Shown one piece after another: positions 37,792 through 48,729 of a DNA stretch of 64,000 bases. The translations under genes and the position numbers were made by a program. Within the stretch, counting starts at the first letter, position 1. Every line of letters starts with the position of its first letter. This stretch comes from Bacteroidota bacterium. Lineage in GTDB: Bacteria > Bacteroidota > Ignavibacteria > UBA10030 > UBA8401. The stretch is from positions 6,971-70,970 of the forward strand of contig JAQCAB010000005.1 in the NCBI GenBank assembly GCA_027622375.1, written 5' to 3'. The notes beneath the pieces were generated by a model. That model searched no databases. It saw only the letters and a list, made by a program, of their open reading frames with translations, and was not told where the DNA came from.

Positions 37792-40700
37792 TCAGAAATA
37801 ATATCCAATTTTAAACATAATTGATTTAACAACAAATGTGGGATAAAGTTGTAATGGCGTTCCAATCGTTAAAGTCAAACCATCTTGATTTTGAAATTCA
37901 ATCCCAATTGGAAAAGAAATAAATCCATCAATTTTTGTTTTATAATTTATCCCGCCAACTAAACTAAAATAAGGTGTAAAATTCTTTACCGAAAAGGAAC
38001 GCATCAAATAACTAAATCCGGCTTCAAAGCCAAATTCTTGAATAAATGTTAAACCTGCCAAAACTCTTGTTTCTTTATTTAAATTATAAGAAGCTAAAAC
38101 AGAAAAATGTCCTGTATAAAAAAAAGCGCTTGCTCCAAATGATTTTAAAATATTTCCTGTATCGGGAGGAATGTATGGCGGTATATTATTATAGTACACC
38201 ATAATATTATTTGTGCTGTCGCACGCTAATAAAATATCATTACGGCCATCATTATCAATATCCGAAATTTTTATATCCTTAATTGATTCTCCAACTGAAA
38301 ATAATGCTTTTGGAATAAATGGGTACTCTGCAAATTTTTTATCTTTTACAAAATTTTGAAGTAGTGCAATATTTCCTTCGTTGCTGATTACAGCAATATC
38401 ACAAAGTCCATCTCCATCAATATCATTAATTGCAAATTCAATTGGTTGTAGCGTAGTGTTTACTTTAAAACTTTCTAAAAAACCTTCAGTTGTGATTGAT
38501 CCGATTTTATTAAAGTTTGGAAAAATGGAAATATTTCGTTCGCCAGAATTAATTACAACAATATCATTTTGTAAATCATTGTTAAAATCGGCAATTGCAA
38601 TTTTTGTTGGAGTTATTCCAGTTTTAATTTCAACTGGTGGCTCAAAACTTTCATTTGTAAAAGATCCGATATTGCCGATATTCCGGTAAACATAAATTGA
38701 ATTCGCTCCACTATTTGCAACAATTAAATCGTTTTTTCTATCGCCATCAATATCTGAAATTGCAATTCCAAATGGTTTATTTCCCGCTGGGATATCAAAT
38801 TTTTCTGCAAAAGAAGTATTGCTTGATTTATTTTCAGAACCAATATTTCTGAAAAGCGAAATATTATAAGATCCATAGTTTGTAACTGCAATATCCATTT
38901 TACCATCACCATCAATATCACCAACAGCAAAAGATTTTGGATAAAGTCCGGTTTGAAGTTCAACTTTATCAACAAGAGGAATAAAATTAATTGCAATAAA
39001 TTTTGGGCGAGTTTTAATTCTATAAAAACTAATCTTGTTATGTTGATAATGGGATGTAATAACTTCAAATTGACCGTCACCATTTAAATCTTCAACTAAA
39101 ACTTGCTGCGCTTTTGATGAAATTTGACTATGTATAGGATCTTCAAACTGCGCTTTTGATGAAGTTTGAATTTGTATTTTACGACCTTCAGATGTTCCGT
39201 AAATAATACTTTCTGTAGATTTACTATCATAAAAAAAAGATAAAGAGTCACTCTCAGAATTTATATTTACCAAATCCAACCTTCCATTTAAATCAAAATC
39301 ACCAAGCGAAATATTTATTGGTTTTTGTAAAGTTGCTTTTTTAGAATTTGTTTCAAAATAATTTCTTGCAATTCCCATTCCCGAATAAATAATATTAAAC
39401 GCTCTTTCACTTTTTACAGTTATCCCGTCAACTGAAATTGAAATCGGATCGTAAGTTGCACCGAATGGAACAATCACAACTAATTCTTCGGTTGTTGCTG
39501 AAACTACTTCTGCAAATACAGTACCAAATCGAACTAGAGTTTTAGTTTTATCTGGATTAAAATTTAATCCTGTAATTTTTATTTCACTTCCCGGAGAACT
39601 TTTTTCAGGATCAATAGAATAAATTGAAGGTCTTTGAATGTATTGCAATCCATCCATAACTGCGCTACCAGCGGGTGTTTCTAATTTTATAACTCCACTT
39701 TCTCCTTTGCCGATTATTGCTGCAACAAGTGAGTCGTTAATTGCAAATGCGTTATATGAATTTATATTCCCAAATAAAACTTTTTTAACTGCGGACAAAT
39801 GCCAACCACGTATTAACACAGTTTGCCCAGATGTTACAATTTGTGGTGTAAAGTTTGTTATAACGGGGGGACCAATACTATTTTGAAAAATTGAAATTGA
39901 ATTTGTCCCTTTATTAACTGTTAATATTTCAGGATGAGCATCTCCATCCAAATCTCCAGATGTAATTGCAATTGGTCCAGATGAAGTTTTAAAGTTTACA
40001 GGATTTTTAAAAGTTAGTTTTTCAAATCCACCTATATTGCGATGAAGAGATAAAAAATTACTTCCAGTAACTAATCCGATATCGAGTTTTCCATCACCAT
40101 CAAAATCGCCAACAGTAACATCATCTTGTGCGCCACTTGTTTCAAAATCAATTGGATTATCAAATGTAGAAACAAACATTGAGTCACTTTTGCTTTTGTT
40201 GCGAATAATTGAAAAATAATTTTCGGTTCCGTGGGCAACAACAAAATCGAGTTTTCTGTCATTATTAACATCAATCAGTGCAATTGATTTTGGGTTTTCC
40301 CCAATCAATAAATCAATTTTATCATTAAAAGATTTTTGATTTATAGAGTCGGGTTTAGAAATATTTCTAAAAATTGAAATTGTGTTACTGTATTCATTTA
40401 CACAAATAATATCTGCTTTTCCATCTCTATCAATATCGCCAATTTGAACACTTCTTGGACGTTGCCCTGTTTTTAAATTTATTTTTTCTGAAAAATTAAT
40501 TGGACTATTTTGAATTGCTCCAAGACCTCTTAAAATAGAAATTGTATTTGCATTTTCATTTGCAACAATTAAATCATTTTTACCATCACGATTGATATCA
40601 TAAACTTCAACGCTGTTTGGTCGTTCCTCAACTTTAAAATCTAATTTTGCGGAAAAACTTGCACTACTAAATTGGCCAAACATAAAAATATTTTTAAATA

Positions 40701-41319
40701 TTGAAATTGAATTACTTCCTTGATTTGCTACAACAATATCGTTTTTACCGTCACTATCAATATCAGAGATTGTTAACCCTTGTGGATTTAAACCTGTTAC
40801 AAGTTCAAATTTTTGCGGAAATGTAAATTTTCCACCATTAATAAAAATTGTAATCGTGTGAACTTTTGAATTTGAAACTACAACATCATTCATGCCATCA
40901 CCATTTAAATCTCCCAAAGCAATTTCACTCGGTAGTTCACGAGTTGTGAGTTCATTTTTTTTAATGAACGAACTTGGGGTAATATATCCGCCATTTTGAA
41001 AAGTTAGATGAAATGGAAAAGGATAATAACTTACTCCCCCATTTGCAGTAACTGATATTGGTTTATAAGTTGCGCCAGTTGGTATTGTAACTTCAAGTTT
41101 ATTTTTACTTGAGGATGTTACAATTCCTTTTATCGCACCAAAATTAACATTTACACTTGCTGCATCCTGAGGGAAATTTACACCTGTTAAAACAACTGTT
41201 TTATTGCTTGAGGAAATAAGTGGTGTTGCTGTGCGTATAAATGGGGTTTGCCCAATTGATAAATTATTAAATAATATTATTACAAAAAGGAATTTGCTGA
41301 AAGGAAATTTTACTTGCAT
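37792..41319 (-). CDS. FG-GAP/VCBS-repeat protein with three IPT/TIG domains and a C-terminal beta-barrel-like tail
   Basis: Many DxNxDGxxD Ca-binding-type repeats (GDLNGDGMNDVVV, SDIDSDGKNDIVV, GDIDRDGKADIIC...). IPT/TIG-like segments (VVLTGVNFP...VTIPTGATYKPISVT; IKITGLNFNP...VIVPFGATYDPISIS). The last ~120 aa are amphipathic strands ending ...FKIGYYF. Confidence 0.75.
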   Translation of the reverse strand: MQVKFPFSKFLFVIILFNNLSIGQTPFIRTATPLISSSNKTVVLTGVNFPQDAASVNVNFGAIKGIVTSSSKNKLEVTIPTGATYKPISVTANGGVSYYPFPFHLTFQNGGYITPSSFIKKNELTTRELPSEIALGDLNGDGMNDVVVSNSKVHTITIFINGGKFTFPQKFELVTGLNPQGLTISDIDSDGKNDIVVANQGSNSISIFKNIFMFGQFSSASFSAKLDFKVEERPNSVEVYDINRDGKNDLIVANENANTISILRGLGAIQNSPINFSEKINLKTGQRPRSVQIGDIDRDGKADIICVNEYSNTISIFRNISKPDSINQKSFNDKIDLLIGENPKSIALIDVNNDRKLDFVVAHGTENYFSIIRNKSKSDSMFVSTFDNPIDFETSGAQDDVTVGDFDGDGKLDIGLVTGSNFLSLHRNIGGFEKLTFKNPVNFKTSSGPIAITSGDLDGDAHPEILTVNKGTNSISIFQNSIGPPVITNFTPQIVTSGQTVLIRGWHLSAVKKVLFGNINSYNAFAINDSLVAAIIGKGESGVIKLETPAGSAVMDGLQYIQRPSIYSIDPEKSSPGSEIKITGLNFNPDKTKTLVRFGTVFAEVVSATTEELVVIVPFGATYDPISISVDGITVKSERAFNIIYSGMGIARNYFETNSKKATLQKPINISLGDFDLNGRLDLVNINSESDSLSFFYDSKSTESIIYGTSEGRKIQIQTSSKAQFEDPIHSQISSKAQQVLVEDLNGDGQFEVITSHYQHNKISFYRIKTRPKFIAINFIPLVDKVELQTGLYPKSFAVGDIDGDGKMDIAVTNYGSYNISLFRNIGSENKSSNTSFAEKFDIPAGNKPFGIAISDIDGDRKNDLIVANSGANSIYVYRNIGNIGSFTNESFEPPVEIKTGITPTKIAIADFNNDLQNDIVVINSGERNISIFPNFNKIGSITTEGFLESFKVNTTLQPIEFAINDIDGDGLCDIAVISNEGNIALLQNFVKDKKFAEYPFIPKALFSVGESIKDIKISDIDNDGRNDILLACDSTNNIMVYYNNIPPYIPPDTGNILKSFGASAFFYTGHFSVLASYNLNKETRVLAGLTFIQEFGFEAGFSYLMRSFSVKNFTPYFSLVGGINYKTKIDGFISFPIGIEFQNQDGLTLTIGTPLQLYPTFVVKSIMFKIGYYF

Positions 41320-41446
41320 TAAGTAAAATTAATCAACTTAATAAATTTATACAAGTAAAGTACTGAGGGTTTCTAAATTTTAGTAGCAGTTGAATTTAGT
41401 ATAAAGTGTGTATAAAATAAATTAATAAAATATTTTACAAAAGATA

Positions 41447-41470
41447 CAAACCCCATTTTACTGAGGTTTG
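41447..41470 (-). terminator. Weak hairpin downstream of rplS (possible terminator)
   Basis: CAAACC (41447-41452) pairs with GGTTTG (41465-41470) around a 12-nt loop. T-rich on both sides. Short stem, so low confidence. Confidence 0.25.
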
Positions 41471-41485
41471 ATTTATTTTTACTAA

Positions 41486-41815
41486 TTAATGTTTTGCTTT
41501 TTTGCCAACTAAAGATCGAAGGTAATAAAGTTTACTTCTACGAACTGAGCCTTCTTTTACTTTTTCAATCTTTGCAATTCTTGGCGAGTGAAGTGGGAAA
41601 ATTCTTTCAACTCCAACTCCATTCGAGATTTTGCGAATTGTAAAGGTTTCGTTCAGGCCTTCTCCACGTTTGCCGATTACAACTCCTTGAAATTGTTGGA
41701 TTCTTTCTTTTTCTCCTTCAATAACTTTTACATGAACGTTTAATGTATCACCCGATTGAAATTGGGGTAAATTCTTCATGAAGTAACTCTTTTCAACTAA
41801 TGTAATTTTATCCAT
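41486..41815 (-). CDS. rplS: 50S ribosomal protein L19
   Basis: Conserved [26 protein letters not shown] and [14 protein letters not shown]-like segments. Last gene of the trmD operon. Confidence 0.95.
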   Translation of the reverse strand: MDKITLVEKSYFMKNLPQFQSGDTLNVHVKVIEGEKERIQQFQGVVIGKRGEGLNETFTIRKISNGVGVERIFPLHSPRIAKIEKVKEGSVRRSKLYYLRSLVGKKAKH

Positions 41816-41834
41816 AAGTGTCTCCTTTTATAAA

Positions 41835-42515
41835 TTAATTATTTTGTAATAAATCTGAGCGCCGTTCTTTTGTACGAATTATTTTTTGATCGGCTCTCCA
41901 TTTTTCAATTTCTTTGTGATTTCCGTTTAATAATATCTCTGGGACTTTCATTCCTCTAAAATCTGCTGGACGAGTATAACTTGGTGCATCCAATAAATTT
42001 TCTTGAAAAGAATCTCCAAGTAACGATTCTGCATCTCCAATAACTCCCGGGACTAATCTTGAAATAACATCAACAAAAACCGCAGCAGCAAGTTCACCAC
42101 CGGTTAAAATATAATCTCCGATCGAAACTTCTTTTGTAATTAAACTTTTTCTCACCCGTTCGTCAATGCCTTTATAATGTCCGCAAATAATTATTAAATT
42201 TTTTTTCAAACTATATTCTATTGCTAACTTTTGTTTTAATTGTTCACCATCAGCCGACATATAAATTACTTCGTCATAGCTCTGTTTTTTTTTCAAACTC
42301 TCAACACAATTAAAAAGTGGTTCGGGTTTTAAAATCATTCCAGCTCCACCACCATATGGCGAATCATCAACTAGTTTATGTTTATCTTTTGCAAATTTTC
42401 TTAAATCGTGAACTTTTATTTTTATCAGTTTCTTTTTTTGAGCGCGCTTTAAAATACTTTCGTTAAACGGACTTTCTAATAGTTGCGGAAGACATGTAAT
42501 AATATCAATTCGCAT
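41835..42515 (-). CDS. trmD: tRNA (guanine37-N1)-methyltransferase
   Basis: MRIDIITCLP..., SPYGGGAGMIL, ICGHYKGIDERV and SIGDYILTGGELAA motifs. Confidence 0.95.
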   Translation of the reverse strand: MRIDIITCLPQLLESPFNESILKRAQKKKLIKIKVHDLRKFAKDKHKLVDDSPYGGGAGMILKPEPLFNCVESLKKKQSYDEVIYMSADGEQLKQKLAIEYSLKKNLIIICGHYKGIDERVRKSLITKEVSIGDYILTGGELAAAVFVDVISRLVPGVIGDAESLLGDSFQENLLDAPSYTRPADFRGMKVPEILLNGNHKEIEKWRADQKIIRTKERRSDLLQNN

Positions 42516-42517
42516 AT

Positions 42518-43066
42518 TTATGATGCTTCTCCATTAAACATTCCTTCTGGTGGGGATATAATTATTTTTTTATTGCCGACTTCTACTTTTTTTACAATTT
42601 CTTTTACAATTGGGACTAAAACTTCTTTGCCTGAATTAGTTTCAACAATATAACTTTGATGAGCTGGTAAATTTAAAATATCCTTTACTACGCCAAGTGT
42701 TTTGGAGTGTTGATCAAAAACAATTGAGCCAATTACATCATCAATATAACACTCACTTTTAGAAAGCTTTTTACGTTCATTAAAAGGAACAAAAATAAAA
42801 TTATTAATTAATTTTTCAGCTTCGCTTCGTGAATTTACTTCTTCAAATTTTAGTAAAAACCCTTTTAGTTTTTTGGAAACTTTTTCAATTGTAAAAATTT
42901 GTGTATCGGTTTCCAGCGGACCAACAACATATTTTGATCCATTTATATAATCGCTTGAAGTGCGGAGGAATGAGTTGTAAGTTAATTCGCCTTTAATTCC
43001 AAATGCTTTACCAATAATGCCAATTGCGCAAAGTGAACCCTGAGATATTTCTTTTTTTGTGAGCAT
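42518..43066 (-). CDS. rimM: 16S rRNA processing protein RimM
   Basis: IGKAFGIKGEL N-terminal motif, a PRC-barrel C-terminal half, and operon context. Confidence 0.85.
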   Translation of the reverse strand: MLTKKEISQGSLCAIGIIGKAFGIKGELTYNSFLRTSSDYINGSKYVVGPLETDTQIFTIEKVSKKLKGFLLKFEEVNSRSEAEKLINNFIFVPFNERKKLSKSECYIDDVIGSIVFDQHSKTLGVVKDILNLPAHQSYIVETNSGKEVLVPIVKEIVKKVEVGNKKIIISPPEGMFNGEAS

Positions 43067-43099
43067 TTGATTATTTGCATCATTTTTTAGATTACAACT

Positions 43100-43333
43100 T
43101 TAGCCTTCTAAGATTTCGACTTTTACGCGTTTGTTATCTTTTGCTCCTATTGCAGATGCTAAAGTTCTAATTGCGTTAATATTTCTTCCTTCTTTTCCAA
43201 TTAACCGACCAAGATCAGTTTGCACTACCGAAATTTTTAAAGTCATTCTGTTTTCAACTTCTTCGATAGTTATTTTTATAGCGTCGGGTTGTTGTACAAT
43301 ATTTTTTACGATTGCTTCAACAATATCTTTCAT
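43100..43333 (-). CDS. KH-domain RNA-binding protein (YlqC/UPF0109 family)
   Basis: 77 aa with LIGKEGRNINAIRTL (the GxxG KH motif). Canonical position between rpsP and rimM. Confidence 0.85.
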   Translation of the reverse strand: MKDIVEAIVKNIVQQPDAIKITIEEVENRMTLKISVVQTDLGRLIGKEGRNINAIRTLASAIGAKDNKRVKVEILEG

Positions 43334-43354
43334 GATTACCCTCCGTAGTTAGAA

Positions 43355-43789
43355 TTATTGAAGAGCAGCTTCTTCAGTTTTAGTTTCGGAAGCAGCCGGG
43401 GCTTCAGTTGTTTTTTTCTTTGCAGACTTTCTTCTTGACTTTCTTTCTTCAGCTTTTTTCAACTTTAAATCTTGAGTCATTGTCCATTTTTCCATTAACG
43501 AATTAATTAATGCTTCATCCTTTTTTTGTTTTACAAGGCTCCACTTCATCCATTGTCCATTTTTTCTTAAAAGTGATCGAACGGTTGTTGTTGGTTGCGC
43601 ACCAACTTTTAACCAATGGAATAATCTATCTTCATTTGTAGTAACTGATGCTGGATTTGATAATGGACTATATCTTCCAATAACTTCAATATATTTACTA
43701 TCGCGTGGCGATCTTGAATTTGTTGCAACAATTTTATAAATGGGTTGTTTTTTCTTTCCCATTCTGACTAAACGTAATTTAACTGGCAA
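43355..43789 (-). CDS. rpsP: 30S ribosomal protein S16 with a Lys/Glu/Ala-rich C-terminal extension
   Basis: MPVKLRLVRMGKKKQPIYKIV core, then a ~60-aa charged tail (KKAEERKSRRKSAKKKTTEAPAASE...). Confidence 0.9.
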   Translation of the reverse strand: MPVKLRLVRMGKKKQPIYKIVATNSRSPRDSKYIEVIGRYSPLSNPASVTTNEDRLFHWLKVGAQPTTTVRSLLRKNGQWMKWSLVKQKKDEALINSLMEKWTMTQDLKLKKAEERKSRRKSAKKKTTEAPAASETKTEEAALQ

Positions 43790-43849
43790 GTAAAACTCCT
43801 TTTTAAGTGGACAAAAATAATCAAATGTTAGAATTCTTCCAAATAACTT

Positions 43850-45178
43850 CTAATTCCTAAAACCTTTAAAACTCCCTTTATTTCCAAACATTGAGCTAAA
43901 GTTTGAAACATTTTTCATCATTTTTTGCATTTGTGTGAATTGATTTATTAATTTATTTACATCTTGAATTGATCTTCCGCTACCATTGGCAATTCTTTTT
44001 CTTCTAGAACCGTTTAGAATATTGGGATTATTTCGCTCTCCCAATGTCATTGATAGAATTATAGCTTCAATTTTTTTTAAATCGTTATCGTTAACTTGTG
44101 CGTTTGATGGCATTTGAGCTCCTGGTATCATCCCTGCAAGTTGTTGAAGTGGCCCCATTTTTTTTAATTGCTGAAGTTGTGAATAAAAATCTTCAAATGT
44201 GAATTCTGATTTCCTTAATTTTTTTTCTAATTTTTCTGCTTCTTTTTGATCAATTACCGATTGAGCTTTTTCAACTAAAGATACAACGTCCCCCATTCCT
44301 AAAATTCTTGATGCCATTCTTTCAGGATAAAATATTTCGAGTGCGTCAATTTTTTCTCCAACACCAACAAATTTAATTGGCTTTTGAACAATCGAACAAA
44401 TTGAAAGCGCTGCTCCACCTTTTGTATCGCCATCAAGTTTTGTTAAAACAATTCCTGTAAGATTTAATTTATCATTAAATGCTTTTGCAGAATTAACTGC
44501 ATCTTGTCCAGTCATCGAATCAACAACAAAAAGTATTTCATCTGGATTAATTGCATTTTTAATATTTAAAACCTCAGTCATCATTTCATTATCAACGTGC
44601 AATCTTCCAGCAGTGTCAATTATAATTGTATCTGAATTATTATTGATTGAAAATTCCAATCCTTCTTTTACAATATTAACAACATTTTGTTTCCGATTTG
44701 TAAAAACAGGAACGTTAATAATTTTACCTAGCATTTCAAGTTGATCAATTGCTGCTGGGCGATAAATATCTGCGGCAATTAGTTGTGGGTTTTTTCCTTT
44801 TTGTTTTAAATAATTTGCAAGCTTTGCAGAAAAAGTTGTTTTTCCAGATCCTTGTAAACCAACAACTAATATTTTTGTAGTAGTTTGGTTTGAAAATTTT
44901 AAATCACTTTTTGAATTCCCCATTATACTAATCAATTCATCATTTAAAATTTTTACAAATTGAGCCCCCGGAGTTACATTAATTAAAACCTGCTCGCCAA
45001 TAATTTTATTTTTTACTTGCTCAATAAATTTATTTACAACATGTAAGTTTACATCTGCGTTAAGTAAAATGCGTTTTATTTCTTCGGTTGTTTCTGAAAT
45101 ATTTTTTTCAGTAAACCGAGCTTCACCCTTAATTTTTTTTACAAGTTGTGTTAATTGTTGCGAAAGAGATTCAAACAT
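43850..45178 (-). CDS. ffh: Signal recognition particle protein Ffh
   Basis: NG domain with GLQGSGKTT, DTAGR and TKLDGD, plus a Met-rich M domain. Confidence 0.95.
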   Translation of the reverse strand: MFESLSQQLTQLVKKIKGEARFTEKNISETTEEIKRILLNADVNLHVVNKFIEQVKNKIIGEQVLINVTPGAQFVKILNDELISIMGNSKSDLKFSNQTTTKILVVGLQGSGKTTFSAKLANYLKQKGKNPQLIAADIYRPAAIDQLEMLGKIINVPVFTNRKQNVVNIVKEGLEFSINNNSDTIIIDTAGRLHVDNEMMTEVLNIKNAINPDEILFVVDSMTGQDAVNSAKAFNDKLNLTGIVLTKLDGDTKGGAALSICSIVQKPIKFVGVGEKIDALEIFYPERMASRILGMGDVVSLVEKAQSVIDQKEAEKLEKKLRKSEFTFEDFYSQLQQLKKMGPLQQLAGMIPGAQMPSNAQVNDNDLKKIEAIILSMTLGERNNPNILNGSRRKRIANGSGRSIQDVNKLINQFTQMQKMMKNVSNFSSMFGNKGSFKGFRN

Positions 45179-45202
45179 TCAGAAAAAATCCTAAAAAATA
45201 AA

Positions 45203-46081
45203 TTAACTTGCTTGTTTTAATGCTTCAGCGCCACCAACAATCTCAAGTAATTCTTTTGTGATTGAAGCCTGACGAGCTTTATTATAATGTAATTGCAATG
45301 AGCGAATTAAATCTCTGGCATTTGTACTAGCATTATCCATTGCAACCATTTTTGCTCCCTGTTCGGCTGCATTTGTTTCTAATAAAATTTTCCAAATTTG
45401 AAAATGTAAATGCTTAGGCACAAGTGCTGTAATTAATTCTGTACTTGATGGCTCATAAATATAATCGGAGGTAACTGCAGTTTGGGTTTTAGGTGATGAG
45501 ATCGGCAAATATTGTTCGATTACAGCTTTTTGTTGAGCAATCCCCCTAGCTTCGTTATAAATTATTTCAATTTTATCATATTCTTCGCGAACATATCCGT
45601 TTATAATTTCATCAGCAATATTACGACTTATATTAAATTGTAAATTTTGAAATACACCTAAATATTTTGCAATAACATTATATTTCCGTTTTGTAAAAAA
45701 TTCAGCTCCCTTTTTACCAATACAAATTAATTTCACATTTCCACTTGCAAGCTGTTTGCTGTAATTTGATTTTAAATAAAGACTTGCAAATCGAATTAAA
45801 TTTGTATTGAAAGCCCCACAAAGTCCACGATCACTTGTTACAATTACAACAGCAACATTTTTTATTTCTCTTTCACTTAATAAAGAAAAATCTGACACAT
45901 TAACTTTTGTTGCGAGATGCGATAACATTTCCTGCATTTTTTTTGCATAAGGACGAGTTTGGATAATTGCTTCTTGCGCGCGACGCAATTTTGCAACCGC
46001 GACCATCTTCATTGCTTTTGTAATTTTTTCGGTGCTTTTAACCGAAACAATTCTTCGCCGTATATCGCGTAGCGTGGCCAT
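45203..46081 (-). CDS. atpG: F1 ATP synthase gamma subunit
   Basis: MATLRDIRRRI...TEKITKAMKMVA N-terminus and a conserved C-terminal ITKEL.EIV.GA helix. Confidence 0.95.
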   Translation of the reverse strand: MATLRDIRRRIVSVKSTEKITKAMKMVAVAKLRRAQEAIIQTRPYAKKMQEMLSHLATKVNVSDFSLLSEREIKNVAVVIVTSDRGLCGAFNTNLIRFASLYLKSNYSKQLASGNVKLICIGKKGAEFFTKRKYNVIAKYLGVFQNLQFNISRNIADEIINGYVREEYDKIEIIYNEARGIAQQKAVIEQYLPISSPKTQTAVTSDYIYEPSSTELITALVPKHLHFQIWKILLETNAAEQGAKMVAMDNASTNARDLIRSLQLHYNKARQASITKELLEIVGGAEALKQAS

Positions 46082-46084
46082 TAA

Positions 46085-47629
46085 TTATGCTTTAAAAGTT
46101 TGTGTAAATTCTTTTGTGATTGTTTGAATTCTTTTTATTAATTCTTCTGATAAATCTCTTTTTTCTTCAACTTCTGAAATTACATCTGGATGAAGAGCAT
46201 GCAACATTTCCAAAAATTCTTTTTCAAATTTTTGAATTCCATTTAATGGAACTTCATCTAACAAACCATTTGTGCCAAGATAAATTAAAATAATTTGTTC
46301 TTGATAAGTCATCGGAACATATTGCCCTTGTTTTAATAATTCAACAAGTCTTGAACCGCGACGAAGTTGTTGTTGTGTTGCTTTATCTAAATCAGAACCA
46401 AATTTTGCAAATGCTTCCAACTCGCGATATTGCGCTAAATCTAACCTTAAGCGACCTGCAACTTTTTTCATAGCTTTAACTTGCGCATTACCACCAACAC
46501 GGGAAACTGAAATTCCAACGTTGATTGCAGGACGCACACCACTGTTAAATAAATTTGGCTCTAAATAAATTTGACCATCTGTAATTGAAATTACATTAGT
46601 TGGAATATATGCAGAAACGTCACCAGCTTGTGTTTCAATAATTGGTAGCGCGGTTAAACTTCCGCCACCTAAATCATCACTTAATTTTGAAGAACGCTCA
46701 AGTAATCTTGAGTGCAGATAAAATACATCTCCGGGATATGCTTCTCGACCGGGGGGTCTTCTTAACAATAATGAAACTTGACGATATGATGCTGCTTGTT
46801 TTGAAAGATCATCATAAACAACTAAAGCATCTTTTCCATTATCGCGGAAATATTCTCCAAGTGTCGCGCCAGAATATGGTGCAATAAATTGTAATGGAGC
46901 TGGATCACTTGCATTTGCAACAATAATTGTTGTATAAGCCATTGCTCCTTCTTCTTGAAGTTTTGTTACAACTTGTGCAACTGTTGATCCTTTTTGGCCG
47001 ATTGAAACATAAATACAATAAACAGGTTTTATTCCAAGTTTTTTTGCTTTTTCTGTATGTGTATATTTTTGATTTATAATTGTATCAAGTGCAATTGCAG
47101 TCTTACCAGTTTGACGATCGCCAATAATTAATTCTCTTTGTCCCCGACCAATTGGAATCATTGCATCAATTGCTTTTATGCCTGTTTGAAGTGGTTGTTT
47201 TACAGGTTGACGTTGAATAACACCGAGCGCTTTTCTTTCGATTGGGAGAAAATTTTCTGTTTTAATTACACCACGTCCATCAATTGGTTGACCGAGTGGA
47301 TTAATTACACGTCCTAACATTGCTTCACCAACTGGCATTGATGCAACACGTTTTGTTCGTTTAACAGCATCACCTTCTTTTATTTTTGTATCATCACCAA
47401 ACAAAATACACCCAACATTATCTTCTTCAAGATTTAATACCATTCCAAAAACATTGTTTGGGAATTCAACAAGTTCGCTCGCCATAACTTGCGAAAGTCC
47501 ATAAATACGCGCAATTCCATCGCCAACTTGAAGCACTGTTCCAACATCGTAAATATCAACTTCTTTTTCGTAGCCAGCTAATTGTTTTCGTAAAATTTCT
47601 GATATTTCATTTGGTCTTATTTCAGCCAT
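46085..47629 (-). CDS. atpA: F1 ATP synthase alpha subunit
   Basis: Walker A GDRQTGKT and highly conserved alpha-subunit sequence throughout. Confidence 0.97.
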   Translation of the reverse strand: MAEIRPNEISEILRKQLAGYEKEVDIYDVGTVLQVGDGIARIYGLSQVMASELVEFPNNVFGMVLNLEEDNVGCILFGDDTKIKEGDAVKRTKRVASMPVGEAMLGRVINPLGQPIDGRGVIKTENFLPIERKALGVIQRQPVKQPLQTGIKAIDAMIPIGRGQRELIIGDRQTGKTAIALDTIINQKYTHTEKAKKLGIKPVYCIYVSIGQKGSTVAQVVTKLQEEGAMAYTTIIVANASDPAPLQFIAPYSGATLGEYFRDNGKDALVVYDDLSKQAASYRQVSLLLRRPPGREAYPGDVFYLHSRLLERSSKLSDDLGGGSLTALPIIETQAGDVSAYIPTNVISITDGQIYLEPNLFNSGVRPAINVGISVSRVGGNAQVKAMKKVAGRLRLDLAQYRELEAFAKFGSDLDKATQQQLRRGSRLVELLKQGQYVPMTYQEQIILIYLGTNGLLDEVPLNGIQKFEKEFLEMLHALHPDVISEVEEKRDLSEELIKRIQTITKEFTQTFKA

Positions 47630-47659
47630 TATATTTCCTTTTTAGAATAATTACATTTT

Positions 47660-48214
47660 TTAATAAACCGGGAGTTCGGTTTGCAAAAATTTATTTTTTA
47701 AAATTTCTAATTGTCTTTTAATACTTGAGTCGTACATTGTATCACCGATTCTAAATACAAATCCACCTTTTAAAGTAGAATCAATTTTAAATTTAAGATT
47801 GATAGTCTTCTTAGTTAAATTTTCAAGTTGTGTTTTAAATTTCTCTTTTTGTGAACTAGTAAACTCGCAACTTGTGTTAACGTCAACTTTAAGAATCCCC
47901 AATTCTTCATCTCGCATTAAAAAATATTCTTTTAGAATTTCATGAATAAATGCTTCTCGTTTATTTTCGATTATACCATTTATGTAAATTAGTATTTGCT
48001 CGTTTACTTTCCCTTCAAAAATAGATTTTAGAATTGAAAGTTTTTTAGATCGCGCAATAATTGGATTCGCGTAAATTAATCTTAATTCTTTTGAGATTTC
48101 AAAAGCCGAAAAAATAATGTTTAAGTCTTTATCAAACTCTTTAATATTATTTTTTTCGTTTCCAATTTGGATTAATGCGCGAGCATACCGTTTTGCAAAT
48201 TTACTAGAGGGCAT
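47660..48214 (-). CDS. atpH: F1 ATP synthase delta (OSCP) subunit
   Basis: YARALIQ N-terminal motif, size, and position between atpF and atpA. Confidence 0.85.
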   Translation of the reverse strand: MPSSKFAKRYARALIQIGNEKNNIKEFDKDLNIIFSAFEISKELRLIYANPIIARSKKLSILKSIFEGKVNEQILIYINGIIENKREAFIHEILKEYFLMRDEELGILKVDVNTSCEFTSSQKEKFKTQLENLTKKTINLKFKIDSTLKGGFVFRIGDTMYDSSIKRQLEILKNKFLQTELPVY

Positions 48215-48222
48215 AATAAAAA

Positions 48223-48708
48223 TTAATTTAACGGAAGATTTTTCATCGACTTGTTGATTAATTCTTCTTTTCGTTTTTCGTCGAGAACTTCATCAAGCAT
48301 TTTTTCAGTTGTTAAAATTGCAAGTTTTGCAACTTCATCTCTAATTTGAGAAAGAGCTGCTTCTTTTTCGCGTCCAATTTGATCACGAGCAACATCCAAC
48401 ATATTTTTTGCTGACTGATTTGCTTGAGTTACTATTTCAATTTTAGTTTGTTCGGCAACCAATCTTCCTTCGTGAATAATTTTCATCGTTTTATCGTTTG
48501 CATCATTCAAAAGAATTTTTTGCTCTTCAAGAATTTTTTCTGTTTTTACTCTTGCTTCATCAGCATGAGTTAAAGCATTACGAATACTTTCTTCTCGTTC
48601 AAGTAAAGCGCTAACGATTGGCTTCCAAGCAATTTTTTTTAATACAAAAACTAAAATCGTGAACGAAACAATCGTCCAAATTATTAGTCCAGGATTAACA
48701 TCTAACAT
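48223..48708 (-). CDS. atpF: F0 ATP synthase subunit b
   Basis: Single N-terminal TM segment followed by a long charged helix (LLEREESIRNAL...). Confidence 0.85.
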   Translation of the reverse strand: MLDVNPGLIIWTIVSFTILVFVLKKIAWKPIVSALLEREESIRNALTHADEARVKTEKILEEQKILLNDANDKTMKIIHEGRLVAEQTKIEIVTQANQSAKNMLDVARDQIGREKEAALSQIRDEVAKLAILTTEKMLDEVLDEKRKEELINKSMKNLPLN

Positions 48709-48729
48709 GTTCTTACCTTTATTAAAAAA

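Noticed and set aside
38381-40274. 60-119-aa ORFs on both strands inside the FG-GAP gene
   Set aside because: They are nested within a long ORF that has strong repeat-domain signatures, and have no independent support.
43355-43540. Charged C-terminal extension of ribosomal protein S16 as a separate feature
   Set aside because: It is contiguous in frame with the S16 core, and such Lys/Ala/Glu-rich tails occur on S16 in various bacteria. I noted it in the feature call but do not consider it a finding.
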